Numbered from the stretch's first letter, positions 17,532 to 26,100 are shown. The stretch is DNA of 64,000 nt from Bacteroidales bacterium (GCA_017506175.1 JAFVNW010000011.1:20227-84226); one strand, 5' to 3'. Notes: generated from the letters alone by a model not told the origin. Made by a program: numbers and translations.

Positions 17532-18275
17532 ATGAAAAAAAAGGCATCATCCTTTCTTTACATCCTCATTGTAATTGCCGTGGCCACAGGGACGGTTTTG
17601 CTTCTGACATGCGTTTTTCACAATGAAAAGCCACAGCCATTGTACAACAACATAGTGATTGAGGAGACCGACTCGCTGATATTCTTCTATCCGCAGTTTG
17701 ACACGCTCGATCTCGTGTGCGGCGCAGAGGTTCCGATGCGCGACAGTTCGCTTTTCTGCTGCTGCGCCGCCTTCACCGCACACTGCCTCGACACCTTCGC
17801 ACACGACAACATCCGCTGCAACCACGTGAGCGCTGGCATCCTCTACGCTGGCTCCGACGAGCCTGTTTGCACCGGAGTTTTCACCTTTTACGATGGCAAA
17901 GCCCACTTCGACTTCGCCAACCATGCCGCCCTCGACAGCGCCGCCGCCCGCCACGGAATGGGCTTCCAACAAATCCTCATCCTCAGGAACGACAGCGTGG
18001 TCAGCAGCGACTCCTTGCAAAATCTGTTCCGCAAATCCTTTGTTTTCAGGAGCTTGGCAGAAAAAGACGGCAAACTCTGCCTCATCCAGTCGAAGGACAC
18101 CCTCCCCTACCCCCAATACGTGAACCTGCTGGCGAAGGCGAAGGTCAGCAACGCCATTTACCTCGACATGGGCGGTTGGAGCCACGGCTATTACCGCGAC
18201 AATTTCGGGAAATTGCAATATCTGGGGGAAGAACCCAACCCATATTCGACGAACTGGATTTTATTCGGGAAATAA
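17532..18275 (+). CDS. Membrane-anchored hypothetical protein (possibly phosphodiester-glycosidase/DUF2233-like)
   Basis: MKKKASSFLYILIVIAVATGTVLLLTC is an N-terminal anchor. The C-terminal AIYLDMGGWSHGYY loosely resembles the AlnLDGGGS motif of DUF2233. The family call is tentative. Confidence 0.4.
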   Translation: MKKKASSFLYILIVIAVATGTVLLLTCVFHNEKPQPLYNNIVIEETDSLIFFYPQFDTLDLVCGAEVPMRDSSLFCCCAAFTAHCLDTFAHDNIRCNHVSAGILYAGSDEPVCTGVFTFYDGKAHFDFANHAALDSAAARHGMGFQQILILRNDSVVSSDSLQNLFRKSFVFRSLAEKDGKLCLIQSKDTLPYPQYVNLLAKAKVSNAIYLDMGGWSHGYYRDNFGKLQYLGEEPNPYSTNWILFGK

Positions 18276-18316
18276 GTGTACCAATGCAAAAATTTGCCTC
18301 TCTAACAGAATAGAAT

Positions 18317-18967
18317 ATGATTGTAATTTTCGACCTCGACGGGACCCTGTTGTACACGATTGAGGATCTCGCATTTTGCGGGAACCACATTTTACACGCA
18401 CACGGCTATCCCGAACACCCGACGGAGGCCTACAATTACTTTGTCGGCGACGGCATCCGCAAGTTAGTGGAGCGCATGCTGCCAGAAAACGCCCGCACCA
18501 ATGCCATCATCACTCCCCTCTTTGAGGAATACCTGCAATTCTACGCCATCCATAAGATGGACACGACGCGCCCCTACGACGGCATCGTGGAACTGCTGGA
18601 ATCGCTTCAGGAACAAGGAATCAAGACGGCTGTCGCCTCCAACAAGGCACACGAGGCGATGGATGATTTGATGAAACACTACTTCCCTACCATCCGCTTT
18701 GCAGCGGCCATAGGCAACAAAAAAGGAGCACGCCCGAAGCCCGCACCGGACGTGGTTTTCGACATATTGCAGATAGCCGGAGAGACGCCTGAGAACGCGT
18801 TCTATGTCGGCGACACCGCCACCGACATGCTCACCGCACGGAATGCAGGCATCGACCAAAGCATCGGCGTGCTGTGGGGCTTTCGCGACGAAGCCGAACT
18901 CGTCCGCGGAGGAGCGAAATTCATCGTGCGGGAACCAAGTGAATTGTTAACGTTGATCGTCGGTTAG
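18317..18967 (+). CDS. HAD-superfamily hydrolase (phosphoglycolate-phosphatase-like)
   Basis: 216 aa with motif I IVIFDLDGTLLYT, motif II AVASNK and motif IV YVGDTATDMLTARNAG. Confidence 0.8.
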   Translation: MIVIFDLDGTLLYTIEDLAFCGNHILHAHGYPEHPTEAYNYFVGDGIRKLVERMLPENARTNAIITPLFEEYLQFYAIHKMDTTRPYDGIVELLESLQEQGIKTAVASNKAHEAMDDLMKHYFPTIRFAAAIGNKKGARPKPAPDVVFDILQIAGETPENAFYVGDTATDMLTARNAGIDQSIGVLWGFRDEAELVRGGAKFIVREPSELLTLIVG

Positions 18968-19719
18968 TCTTTGACGCAGCGTACTGAGCGACCATAAGTT
19001 TTCTCGCCATTATTGATGGAAACAATGGGAGAGTTGTGGCTGAGGGAAGCGATGTCGGCAGCGGTGGCGCTATGCTCGGAGCAGGTCCAGAAGTCGGCGC
19101 GGGTGCCGTAACGTACATAGTTGCCGTTGTAGCTTCCTGCGGGATAAGCCGTGAACAGCGTGGCATTGTTGGCGCTCAAGTCGTTGCCAACGGTGTAGGC
19201 ATTGATGCTGTCAACCGTCCATAATTCATTGGCGGCCAAAGATTTAGCAACATTTTTAGAATTTTCACCGGTAATATAATTGGCGTTGGTACCTAAATAG
19301 TCGAGGAGGATTCTCCACTCTTCCACGCTCGGCACATGCCAGCCGTCGGGGCAGATGCCCTGTACGCCGCTCGGTTTGAGGTAGGAGGTAGAGGAGCCGC
19401 GCATAACCGCTTTCCAATTGTACAGGTAACCACATGTGTCCACGATATCAAGATTGTCATTGGGCGGATAATAGCAGGGCGCGTCCGAAGTCACGGTCAA
19501 ACCGTAGGTAAGACCGGTACCGTCGGCATATTTGGTACACCTCAGATTCGAGGCCATCCAAACCTGATCCCCAAGTTGCACGGCATTGTAAGTATTTCCA
19601 TCGATGTCGGTAACAGCACCTTCAATCAGTCCGTCCTCCACTTTATCCTTTTTGCAGGAAGAGAAGCACAGCAGCAAGCCCATTGCGACAAGCGCCCATA
19701 ACAAAGATTTATTTTTCAT
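18964..19719 (-). CDS. FISUMP-domain lipoprotein (Fibrobacter succinogenes major paralogous domain)
   Basis: The start was moved to the ATG at 19719 (MKNKSLLWALVAMGLLLCFSSCKKD, lipobox). DGNTYNAVQLGDQVWMASNL, GYLYNW, ICPDGWHVPSVEEW and SVRCVKD are typical TIGR02145-type motifs. Confidence 0.75.
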   Translation of the reverse strand: MKNKSLLWALVAMGLLLCFSSCKKDKVEDGLIEGAVTDIDGNTYNAVQLGDQVWMASNLRCTKYADGTGLTYGLTVTSDAPCYYPPNDNLDIVDTCGYLYNWKAVMRGSSTSYLKPSGVQGICPDGWHVPSVEEWRILLDYLGTNANYITGENSKNVAKSLAANELWTVDSINAYTVGNDLSANNATLFTAYPAGSYNGNYVRYGTRADFWTCSEHSATAADIASLSHNSPIVSINNGEKTYGRSVRCVKD

Positions 19720-19743
19720 AATTCCTATTTTAAAATTCGGCGA

Positions 19744-19751
19744 CAAAGATA
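19744..19751 (-). promoter_or_regulatory. -7 box (TATCTTTG on minus strand) for FISUMP lipoprotein gene
   Basis: Plus strand reads CAAAGATA, 25 nt upstream of the ATG at 19719. It overlaps the track's TTG start at 19746, supporting the shorter gene model. Confidence 0.45.
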
Positions 19752-19987
19752 AGCATTATTTTTAAATTGACTATCCCGAAAATGGCACAACTTTGATATA
19801 AGAGTGATTTATGGACAGTGAACAGGAATCGAATGCGTAAAATCAAGGCTTTCTTGGGGTTTACCAATTTCAACCCGCCAGATTTCGATGCCGTACTTGC
19901 GGATAATCATATCACTATAGAAAAGCACAAAAAAAACCCACAGCCGTAAAAAAATCAGCAGTGGATGTGACTTTTCACTCAGAAAAA

Positions 19988-20236
19988 CTACTTTCTTTTA
20001 AAAAGCGAGAGTATAAAGAGCAGAAGGCAAGCGCCGGCGACTGAGACAAGGATTTGAATGCCGAGACCGCCGCCATTTTTAAAACCGAGAAGGCCAGTGA
20101 GCCATCCGCCGAGGAAACCGCCGACGATGCCAACGATGATGTTAACGAGGAAGCCGAAACCATGGCCTCTCATAATCAATCCCGCCAGCCAGCCAGCCAA
20201 TGCTCCAATAAGAATAAAAAGAATGAATTCCCACAT
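19988..20236 (-). CDS. GlsB/YeaQ/YmgE-family small membrane (stress-response) protein
   Basis: 82 aa. MWEFILFILIGALAGWLAGLIMRGHGFGFLVNIIVGIVGGFLGGWL is the typical transglycosylase-associated/GlsB pattern. Confidence 0.8.
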   Translation of the reverse strand: MWEFILFILIGALAGWLAGLIMRGHGFGFLVNIIVGIVGGFLGGWLTGLLGFKNGGGLGIQILVSVAGACLLLFILSLFKRK

Positions 20237-20270
20237 GGTGAAAAAATTTTAGTTAAACATAATTGCAGCG

Positions 20271-20278
20271 CAAAAGTA
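20271..20278 (-). promoter_or_regulatory. -7 box (TACTTTTG on minus strand) for GlsB/YeaQ gene
   Basis: Plus strand reads CAAAAGTA, 35 nt upstream of the ATG at 20236. Confidence 0.45.
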
Positions 20279-20359
20279 CAAAAAAAAGCGAATTCCTAAC
20301 CTTATGGAAAAAAATGCACAAAAAAAGAGCCGACTTACATTGAATCGGCTCTCTCTTTG

Positions 20360-20433
20360 CGCTCCCTCAAGGACTTGAACCTTGGACCCTCTGATTAACA
20401 GTCAGATGCTCTAACCGACTGAGCTAAGGAAGC
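20360..20433 (-). tRNA. tRNA-Asn (anticodon GTT)
   Basis: The reverse complement GCTTCCTTAGCTCAGTCGGTTAGAGCATCTGACTGTTAATCAGAGGGTCCAAGGTTCAAGTCCTTGAGGGAGCG folds as a cloverleaf. Acceptor is GCTTCCT/AGGGAGC, the anticodon loop is CTGTTAA and the T-arm is CAAGG-TTCAAGT-CCTTG. CCA is not encoded. Confidence 0.93.
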
Positions 20434-20451
20434 AGTGGTGTTTTGAGGATG

Positions 20452-20459
20452 CAAAAATA
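20452..20459 (-). promoter_or_regulatory. -7 box (TATTTTTG on minus strand) for tRNA-Asn
   Basis: Plus strand reads CAAAAATA, 19 nt upstream of the tRNA 5' end. It abuts a 12-bp inverted repeat arm. Confidence 0.5.
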
Positions 20460-20554
20460 CAACTTTTTTGTTTTGTTGTACATCTTTTTTGAAAAAATTT
20501 TTTCTACATCCTCAAAACATTATAATTTGTTATAGATGACTATTTTACGAATGA

Positions 20555-23389
20555 TTATTTCGTCTTGTTCGTCTTGTTTTTGAAGGCTTCAGGGTACATA
20601 TAGACCTTCAGATAGTTCTGAATATCGAAGTTTTTCTGCATGAAGGCTGCAATATCCTTCACCGTGATCTTGCTCAAGTTCTCCTTCACGGTGTTCATCT
20701 CGTTCAAATCATCGTTGTAGAGATACTGCGTGGCAATGTAGGAATGCCAGTAACGGTTGGTCTGCTGGTCCTCTTCGGCATTGCGCAACATCTGCTCTTT
20801 CACCTTGTCGAGAGTGGCTTTCTTCGGGCCCTTTTTGATGAAGTTCTGGAGGATTTTGATAACGGCGTCCGACAGCTTATCGGTGTTCTTCGAATCGCAG
20901 CTGAACAGCACCATGCACATCAGCTGGGAAGTGGGATATTTCTGGGCAGCCATCTGTACCATCGGGCTATACACACCACCCATCTTCTCGCGGATGGTCT
21001 CCAAAGCCTCGATGGAGAGGGCCTCATTGATCACCTCGGTCATCAGTTCGTTCTGCTCGTTCCATTCCAGGTCGTTGAGGAAGGCAAGGCCCACCCAGCT
21101 GGCGGCGTCTTCTTCACCAAAGAAAATCTCCTTGCTCTCTTGCTTCTTCTCATGTTTGCTGAACACCTCCGGACGGAAATTCTCTCTGTCGCTGGTGGTG
21201 GGCATGGAGGCGAGGTAGGTCTCCATCATGTTCTCCAACTCTTTCTGGTCGAAAGCACCGGTGAAGAAGAAGGTGAAGTCGGCGGGGTTGGCAAAACGCT
21301 CTTTGTAGAGATACATAGCGCGGTCGTAATCCACCTTGCTGAGGAACTCCTCATCGTAGGTCATCATGTTGATCATGTAAGGATCACTGTAGATGCTGCC
21401 GATGAACTCGCCGATGAACTTGTACATGGGCTGCGACTGGATCATCTTGATCTGCTCGCGCGTCTCATCCATCACGAGCGTATAGGCGGCAGTGTCCTCA
21501 CGCGGATGCGTGAAGAAAGCGTTGATATACTGGCAGAAAAGGTCGAGGTCTTTCGGACTGGTGCTGCCGCTGAGGCCTTCGCTGATGACGGAAATGTTGG
21601 GGGTGAGGCCGATTTTCTTGCCTTTCAATTTCTTCTGCAAGGAGGAGTAATCCATCTCGTTGATACCGCCGCGGTCCACCATTTCGGAGGCGAGGGCAAG
21701 GGAGGGGATGTCACACTCGTAGTACATGCTGTAACCACCCAAGCTCGTTGCGCTGAACAGGATTTCATCGTTCTTGAAATCGGTATGTTTGGCCACCACC
21801 TTGATGCCGTTGGAGAGGGTGTATTCGGTAGCACCCACCTCGGGAAGATCGCGTTGGCTTACGATGCTGCCTTTCTTAAGGGTTTCTTTCTCAATGATTT
21901 CCTGTTCTTTGTAGTTGTCCACATAGGGTTCCACGTTGGCAAGGGATTTGTCTTTGACGATGGCGATCATCTCAGATTCCGAGGGGACCTTCACACCCTC
22001 TTTCTCGGGAGCCATCACCACCACCACGAAGTTCTCATCAACAATCCACTTCTTGGCGAGGGCGTTCACTTCATCCAAGGTGATGCCTTCGAGGTATTTC
22101 TTGGCGTAATTGAGTTCGCGCTTGGCACCCGGGATGGGCTCCTGATGCAGATAGTTGTCCACATACTCGCTGGCGAAACGGGACGATTCGGTCTTGTCAA
22201 TCTCCTTCACAGCACGTTCGTAACGCTCCATCAGTGCATCTTTGGCACGCTGCAGCTCGGTCTCCAAGAAACCATATTTCAGCACACGGTAGTCCTCGCG
22301 AAGCAACATCTCGGCAGTCTCTTTGATGCGGTTCTCTTTGGCCATACCCACCAGCATGTAGGCATCCAGCTCGCCAATGAAGTGGCTGTAGCCCACTTGG
22401 CTGCCCACTGCGGGACAGCTGGGGCTCTGCTGAAGTTCCTCCAAACGCGATTCAAACATCGAGTTGTACAACTCCTCGATCATGTGGTTGCGGTAGTCCT
22501 GTACCGTCGTCATGGGCTCGTGTTTGAACTTGCGGATCATCATCACCTGGTTGCCACCGGCCTCTTTGTCGGTGCAAACGCATGCCAGAGGCTCCTTGTT
22601 ATCTTCAATCTTGGGATAGACCTTCGGACGGGCGTTCTGTTTGGCCGGGATGGGGGAGAACTTGTCCTTAATCTGCTGCTCGATAGCATCCACGTCGATG
22701 TCGCCGACCACAATCACAGCCTGCAAATCCGGACGGTACCAGTCATTGTAGAAACGGCGGATGACCTCCGGCTTGAAACCCTGGATGATTTCAATCAGAC
22801 CGATGGGCAGACGCTCGGCATACAGCGAGTTGGTGAGCACCACGGGGAACCATTTCTTCTGCATACGGTCGCTGGCGCCGTTACCCATACGCCACTCTTC
22901 GGAAATCACACCGCGCTCGTCGTCAATCTCCTTCGGGTCGTACAACAATCCGTGTGCCCAACCATACAATATATTAATACCGAAGTCGATGTGCTTCTGG
23001 TTGTCGGTCGGCATGGTGATCATGAAAACGGTCTCATCGAACGAAGTGTAGGCGTTGATGCCCAACCCAAAGGTGACACCAATCTTCTGCAGCTGGTCAA
23101 TCATGTCGTTGTGCGGATAACCCTCAATACCATTGAAGGCCATGTGCTCGGTAAAGTGAGCCAAACCGCGCTGGTCCTCATCCTCCTGGCACGAACCGGC
23201 GTTCACCGCCAAACGGAACTCCACACGTCCCTCTGGTTTTGCATTGTGACGGATGTAATAGGTCATTCCGTTGTCCAATTTTCCGATTCTTACGTTCGGG
23301 TCTTTGCCGATTTTGGTGTCCAAATTCTGTGCGGACAGCATTCCGAAAACGAAAACCACCGCAAAGAACGATAAGATAAATTTTTTCAT
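20555..23389 (-). CDS. Secreted M16-family (pitrilysin/insulinase-like) zinc peptidase
   Basis: 944 aa. Signal peptide MKKFILSFFAVVFVFGMLSAQ and inverted zinc motif HFTEHMAFNG (HxxEH). The length fits a two-lobed, four-domain M16 architecture. Confidence 0.88.
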   Translation of the reverse strand: MKKFILSFFAVVFVFGMLSAQNLDTKIGKDPNVRIGKLDNGMTYYIRHNAKPEGRVEFRLAVNAGSCQEDEDQRGLAHFTEHMAFNGIEGYPHNDMIDQLQKIGVTFGLGINAYTSFDETVFMITMPTDNQKHIDFGINILYGWAHGLLYDPKEIDDERGVISEEWRMGNGASDRMQKKWFPVVLTNSLYAERLPIGLIEIIQGFKPEVIRRFYNDWYRPDLQAVIVVGDIDVDAIEQQIKDKFSPIPAKQNARPKVYPKIEDNKEPLACVCTDKEAGGNQVMMIRKFKHEPMTTVQDYRNHMIEELYNSMFESRLEELQQSPSCPAVGSQVGYSHFIGELDAYMLVGMAKENRIKETAEMLLREDYRVLKYGFLETELQRAKDALMERYERAVKEIDKTESSRFASEYVDNYLHQEPIPGAKRELNYAKKYLEGITLDEVNALAKKWIVDENFVVVVMAPEKEGVKVPSESEMIAIVKDKSLANVEPYVDNYKEQEIIEKETLKKGSIVSQRDLPEVGATEYTLSNGIKVVAKHTDFKNDEILFSATSLGGYSMYYECDIPSLALASEMVDRGGINEMDYSSLQKKLKGKKIGLTPNISVISEGLSGSTSPKDLDLFCQYINAFFTHPREDTAAYTLVMDETREQIKMIQSQPMYKFIGEFIGSIYSDPYMINMMTYDEEFLSKVDYDRAMYLYKERFANPADFTFFFTGAFDQKELENMMETYLASMPTTSDRENFRPEVFSKHEKKQESKEIFFGEEDAASWVGLAFLNDLEWNEQNELMTEVINEALSIEALETIREKMGGVYSPMVQMAAQKYPTSQLMCMVLFSCDSKNTDKLSDAVIKILQNFIKKGPKKATLDKVKEQMLRNAEEDQQTNRYWHSYIATQYLYNDDLNEMNTVKENLSKITVKDIAAFMQKNFDIQNYLKVYMYPEAFKNKTNKTK

Positions 23390-23580
23390 TTTTTTAATTT
23401 TTGATTAATAATGGATTTATTTTATATGATTGATTTTCTGTGATTCTTAATACGAAAAACTATGGCAAACAAATAAATAATTAAACGACTCATCTGGGTT
23501 TTTATTATTTACAAATAGTAGTGAGCAGAGATTTGTGATAGATGGGTAGATTTACTTTAACTCAGTTCACCGGTTTCAAC

Positions 23581-24174
23581 TCACTCTTTTTTCAGCAACT
23601 CGATTTGTTCAATAATTTCTTTGGCCATACGTTGCTGGCGTTTGAATTGGACAGCACCTAAAATGGCGCCGACAATGCCGCCGACAATGCCGGCAATCGA
23701 CAGCGCGATGGCCTGATGCACGTCGCCGGAGCGAGAGAAGTTGTCGTAAACGAAATAGCCTATCCAGAGCAGGAGCACAGGCGCCATAATGGCAATCCAC
23801 CAATGGTTCTGCCGGCGGTATTTCTGCATTTTTTCGGCATAAAGAAGGATGCCCTCATCTAATTTGCGCTTGCGGATGAGCGTCACCTGCTGATAGATGG
23901 ACATCAGGAGCGAGACGGCGAGAATCGCAATGGTGGCGATGCGAAAGCCCAGGCTGAAGCCCAGTGAGTAGAAAACCCAATAGCAGAAGGGGAGAGTGAG
24001 AATGGTGAAGACAATCAGGATGGAGGTCTCTTTGTTTAATGTACCTGACTTTTCACGAACAATGCGCTCAATCAGGTCTTTATTGACGATGGCCTGCTTA
24101 TCAAGTTTGCTTTGCAGCAAGTCGTTCATCCGCCGCAAGTCGTTCAGTTCGGAGGCGTTGATTTCTGTTTCCAT
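23581..24174 (-). CDS. Four-TM membrane protein co-transcribed with ECF sigma factor (putative atypical anti-sigma/partner)
   Basis: 197 aa. The N-terminal 45 aa are helical/coiled (METEINASELNDLRRMNDLLQSKLDKQ...), followed by 4 hydrophobic segments. It starts 12 nt after the sigma-factor stop. No zf-HC2 (HxxxCxxC) motif. Confidence 0.35.
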   Translation of the reverse strand: METEINASELNDLRRMNDLLQSKLDKQAIVNKDLIERIVREKSGTLNKETSILIVFTILTLPFCYWVFYSLGFSLGFRIATIAILAVSLLMSIYQQVTLIRKRKLDEGILLYAEKMQKYRRQNHWWIAIMAPVLLLWIGYFVYDNFSRSGDVHQAIALSIAGIVGGIVGAILGAVQFKRQQRMAKEIIEQIELLKKE

Positions 24175-24186
24175 CTTGTTGAAAAT

Positions 24187-24669
24187 TTACTTGTTTGACA
24201 TTTTTTTGAGCTCCTCCTTGATTCTTACCAGGCGGACGGAAACGTTTTTAGCGGAGATGCCAATGACGGCACCGATTTCATCATAACTCATATTTTCCAG
24301 CCACAGCAACACGATGGCGCGGTCGAAAGGCCCCAGTTGGTTGATGCGGTCATAGAGCATCCGGATTTGCTTGGAGTCGCTATCGTCGTCGTTGAAAAGG
24401 TCTATGTCCACCGAAAGCGGAACGGTCTCCACCCTGCGTTTTTTCTTCCTTTCGGATGAGATGCAGGTGTTCAGACAAACCCGCCAAATCCAAGTACGGA
24501 TACTGCTTTCGTTGCGGAAATCCTGAAAGCCTTTCCAGAGGTTGATGAGCGTCTCCTGAAACAAATCGTTGATTTCGTCGGTGTCCTTGGAAAACATATA
24601 GCATACCGTATAGATGGCGTTTTGGTGTGCCTTGATGATTTTTTCAAATTCGTTTTCCAAATTTTCCAT
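24187..24669 (-). CDS. ECF-type RNA polymerase sigma-70 family factor
   Basis: 160 aa. Region 2 is DLFQETLINLWKGFQDFRNESSIRTWIWRVCLNTC and region 4 is RAIVLLWLENMSYDEIGAVIGISAKNVSVRLVRIKEEL. Confidence 0.88.
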   Translation of the reverse strand: MENLENEFEKIIKAHQNAIYTVCYMFSKDTDEINDLFQETLINLWKGFQDFRNESSIRTWIWRVCLNTCISSERKKKRRVETVPLSVDIDLFNDDDSDSKQIRMLYDRINQLGPFDRAIVLLWLENMSYDEIGAVIGISAKNVSVRLVRIKEELKKMSNK

Positions 24670-25079
24670 TCTTCCGATTTTTGAATCAAGCTTTGCGCGT
24701 TAGACGCACAGACTTCAGATTTACTACAATTTATTTACGAAAAATTTCAAAATTTTACAATTAATTGATTTACAATAATTTACATTCAATATTTTAATGA
24801 TTGGACGCAGCTGTCGTACGTCGCGAGGTGAACGAAACCAGTGAATTGTGAATTGCATTATATTGAAAATCAGAAGAAAGTCATGATTTCCCGTATCAAA
24901 TCGCAGATTACAGTTCAGATTACGTTTGTACTATTGTCGGAATAAACACCTTAATATAAATATTATCCATACTCAAAAAAAAAGCGTGCAAAAATACGCA
25001 AAACGTTGACGTTGATTTATCCACACCCCAGCGTGAATAAAAAAATTTTCGGCCGAAGTTTTAAGCAGTAAATCGGTTG

Positions 25080-25087
25080 TACCTTTG
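25080..25087 (+). promoter_or_regulatory. -7 box TACCTTTG for OmpA-family gene
   Basis: Matches TAnnTTTG, 24 nt upstream of the ATG at 25111. Confidence 0.45.
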
Positions 25088-25110
25088 CATGTTTATTACA
25101 ATACTTAAAT

Positions 25111-26100
25111 ATGAAGAAATCTATTTTATTCGCGGCCGTCATTGCCATCGCCTCAATCGGCTTCAACGCTTGCGTAACCAAGCAGAAATACGAAGAACTC
25201 AACAAGAATTACAAGGATTGCATGGATGAAAAGCAATTCACGTCCAATGAATTGGCGGACTGCCAGAACCAAGGCAAGAATTTGACACAACGAGTGAACG
25301 CTTTAGATGCGAAAGTAAATGAACTAAAGCAAGATACGCTGAGTTTGACCCGCAAACTGGCCCAATCGGAAAAGGATTATGCCAAGATGAAGATGGATTA
25401 TGACGAGTTACTCCAAAACATCTCGCAACTCTCCAAAAGCAGTAGCGCCACCATCGACACCCTTTCCGGAGATTTGAAGAGGAAGGAAAAAGAGTTGAAC
25501 ATCCTACAGAGGAAATTGGATGAACAGGCAGAGCTGCTCAAGAACAAGGAGGATTCACTCAACGCTTCCATGAAGAGCCTTGCAGAATTGCAAAATGCTC
25601 TGAATCAAAAAGATGCAGAAGTACGTGCACTGAAAGACAAGGTCAGCAACGCCCTCCGCAACTTCGAGGGAAGCGGTTTGAAGGTGGAAGAACGCAACGG
25701 GAAAGTCTATGTTTCCATGGATGAGAAACTGCTGTTTGCCTCTGGAAAATGGGAGGTGCAGGCCCAGGGCAAAGAGGCACTGAGCGAACTCGCCAAAGTG
25801 CTCGAAGCCGACTCTACCATCAACGTACTGATTGAAGGTCACACCGACAATGTGCCAATGACCAGCTCAAGCCAGGTGAAGGACAATTGGGATTTGAGCG
25901 TGATGCGCGCCACCGCCGTCGTGAAAATCATCCTCGCCAACGGCGAAATCAACCCGCAGCGCATCTCCGCTTCCGGCAGAGGCGAATTCCTGCCGATTGA
26001 TCCTGAAAACACCCCGGAAGCACGCGCCAAAAACCGCCGCACCGAAATCATCCTCACCCCCAACCTCAACGAACTTTTCCAAATCATTGACGCCAACTGA
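25111..26100 (+). CDS. OmpA-family lipoprotein with N-terminal coiled coil
   Basis: 329 aa. The lipobox-like signal is AVIAIASIGFNAC, followed by a long heptad-rich region. The C-terminal OmpA/MotB peptidoglycan-binding domain reads IEGHTDNVPM...NWDLSVMRATAVVKIIL...ISASGRGEFLPI...NRRTEIIL. Confidence 0.85.
   Translation: MKKSILFAAVIAIASIGFNACVTKQKYEELNKNYKDCMDEKQFTSNELADCQNQGKNLTQRVNALDAKVNELKQDTLSLTRKLAQSEKDYAKMKMDYDELLQNISQLSKSSSATIDTLSGDLKRKEKELNILQRKLDEQAELLKNKEDSLNASMKSLAELQNALNQKDAEVRALKDKVSNALRNFEGSGLKVEERNGKVYVSMDEKLLFASGKWEVQAQGKEALSELAKVLEADSTINVLIEGHTDNVPMTSSSQVKDNWDLSVMRATAVVKIILANGEINPQRISASGRGEFLPIDPENTPEARAKNRRTEIILTPNLNELFQIIDAN

Noticed and set aside
19833-19949. 38-codon small ORF (MRKIKAFLGFTNFNPPDFDAVLADNHITIEKHKKNPQP) in the FISUMP/GlsB intergenic region.
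   Set aside because: It has no promoter box or favourable A-rich start context and no hydrophobic or Cys pattern typical of small functional peptides. Its 3' end overlaps the minus-strand terminator of the GlsB/YeaQ gene. It cannot be supported without conservation or Ribo-seq data.
20744-23374. 876-aa plus-strand ORF as a real protein-coding gene.
   Set aside because: It is exactly codon-aligned antisense to a well-supported M16 peptidase (HxxEH, signal peptide). It has no recognisable motif, promoter box or A-rich start context. It is explained by absence of TTA/CTA/TCA codons in the sense gene. The codon-avoidance oddity is kept as a low-interest finding.
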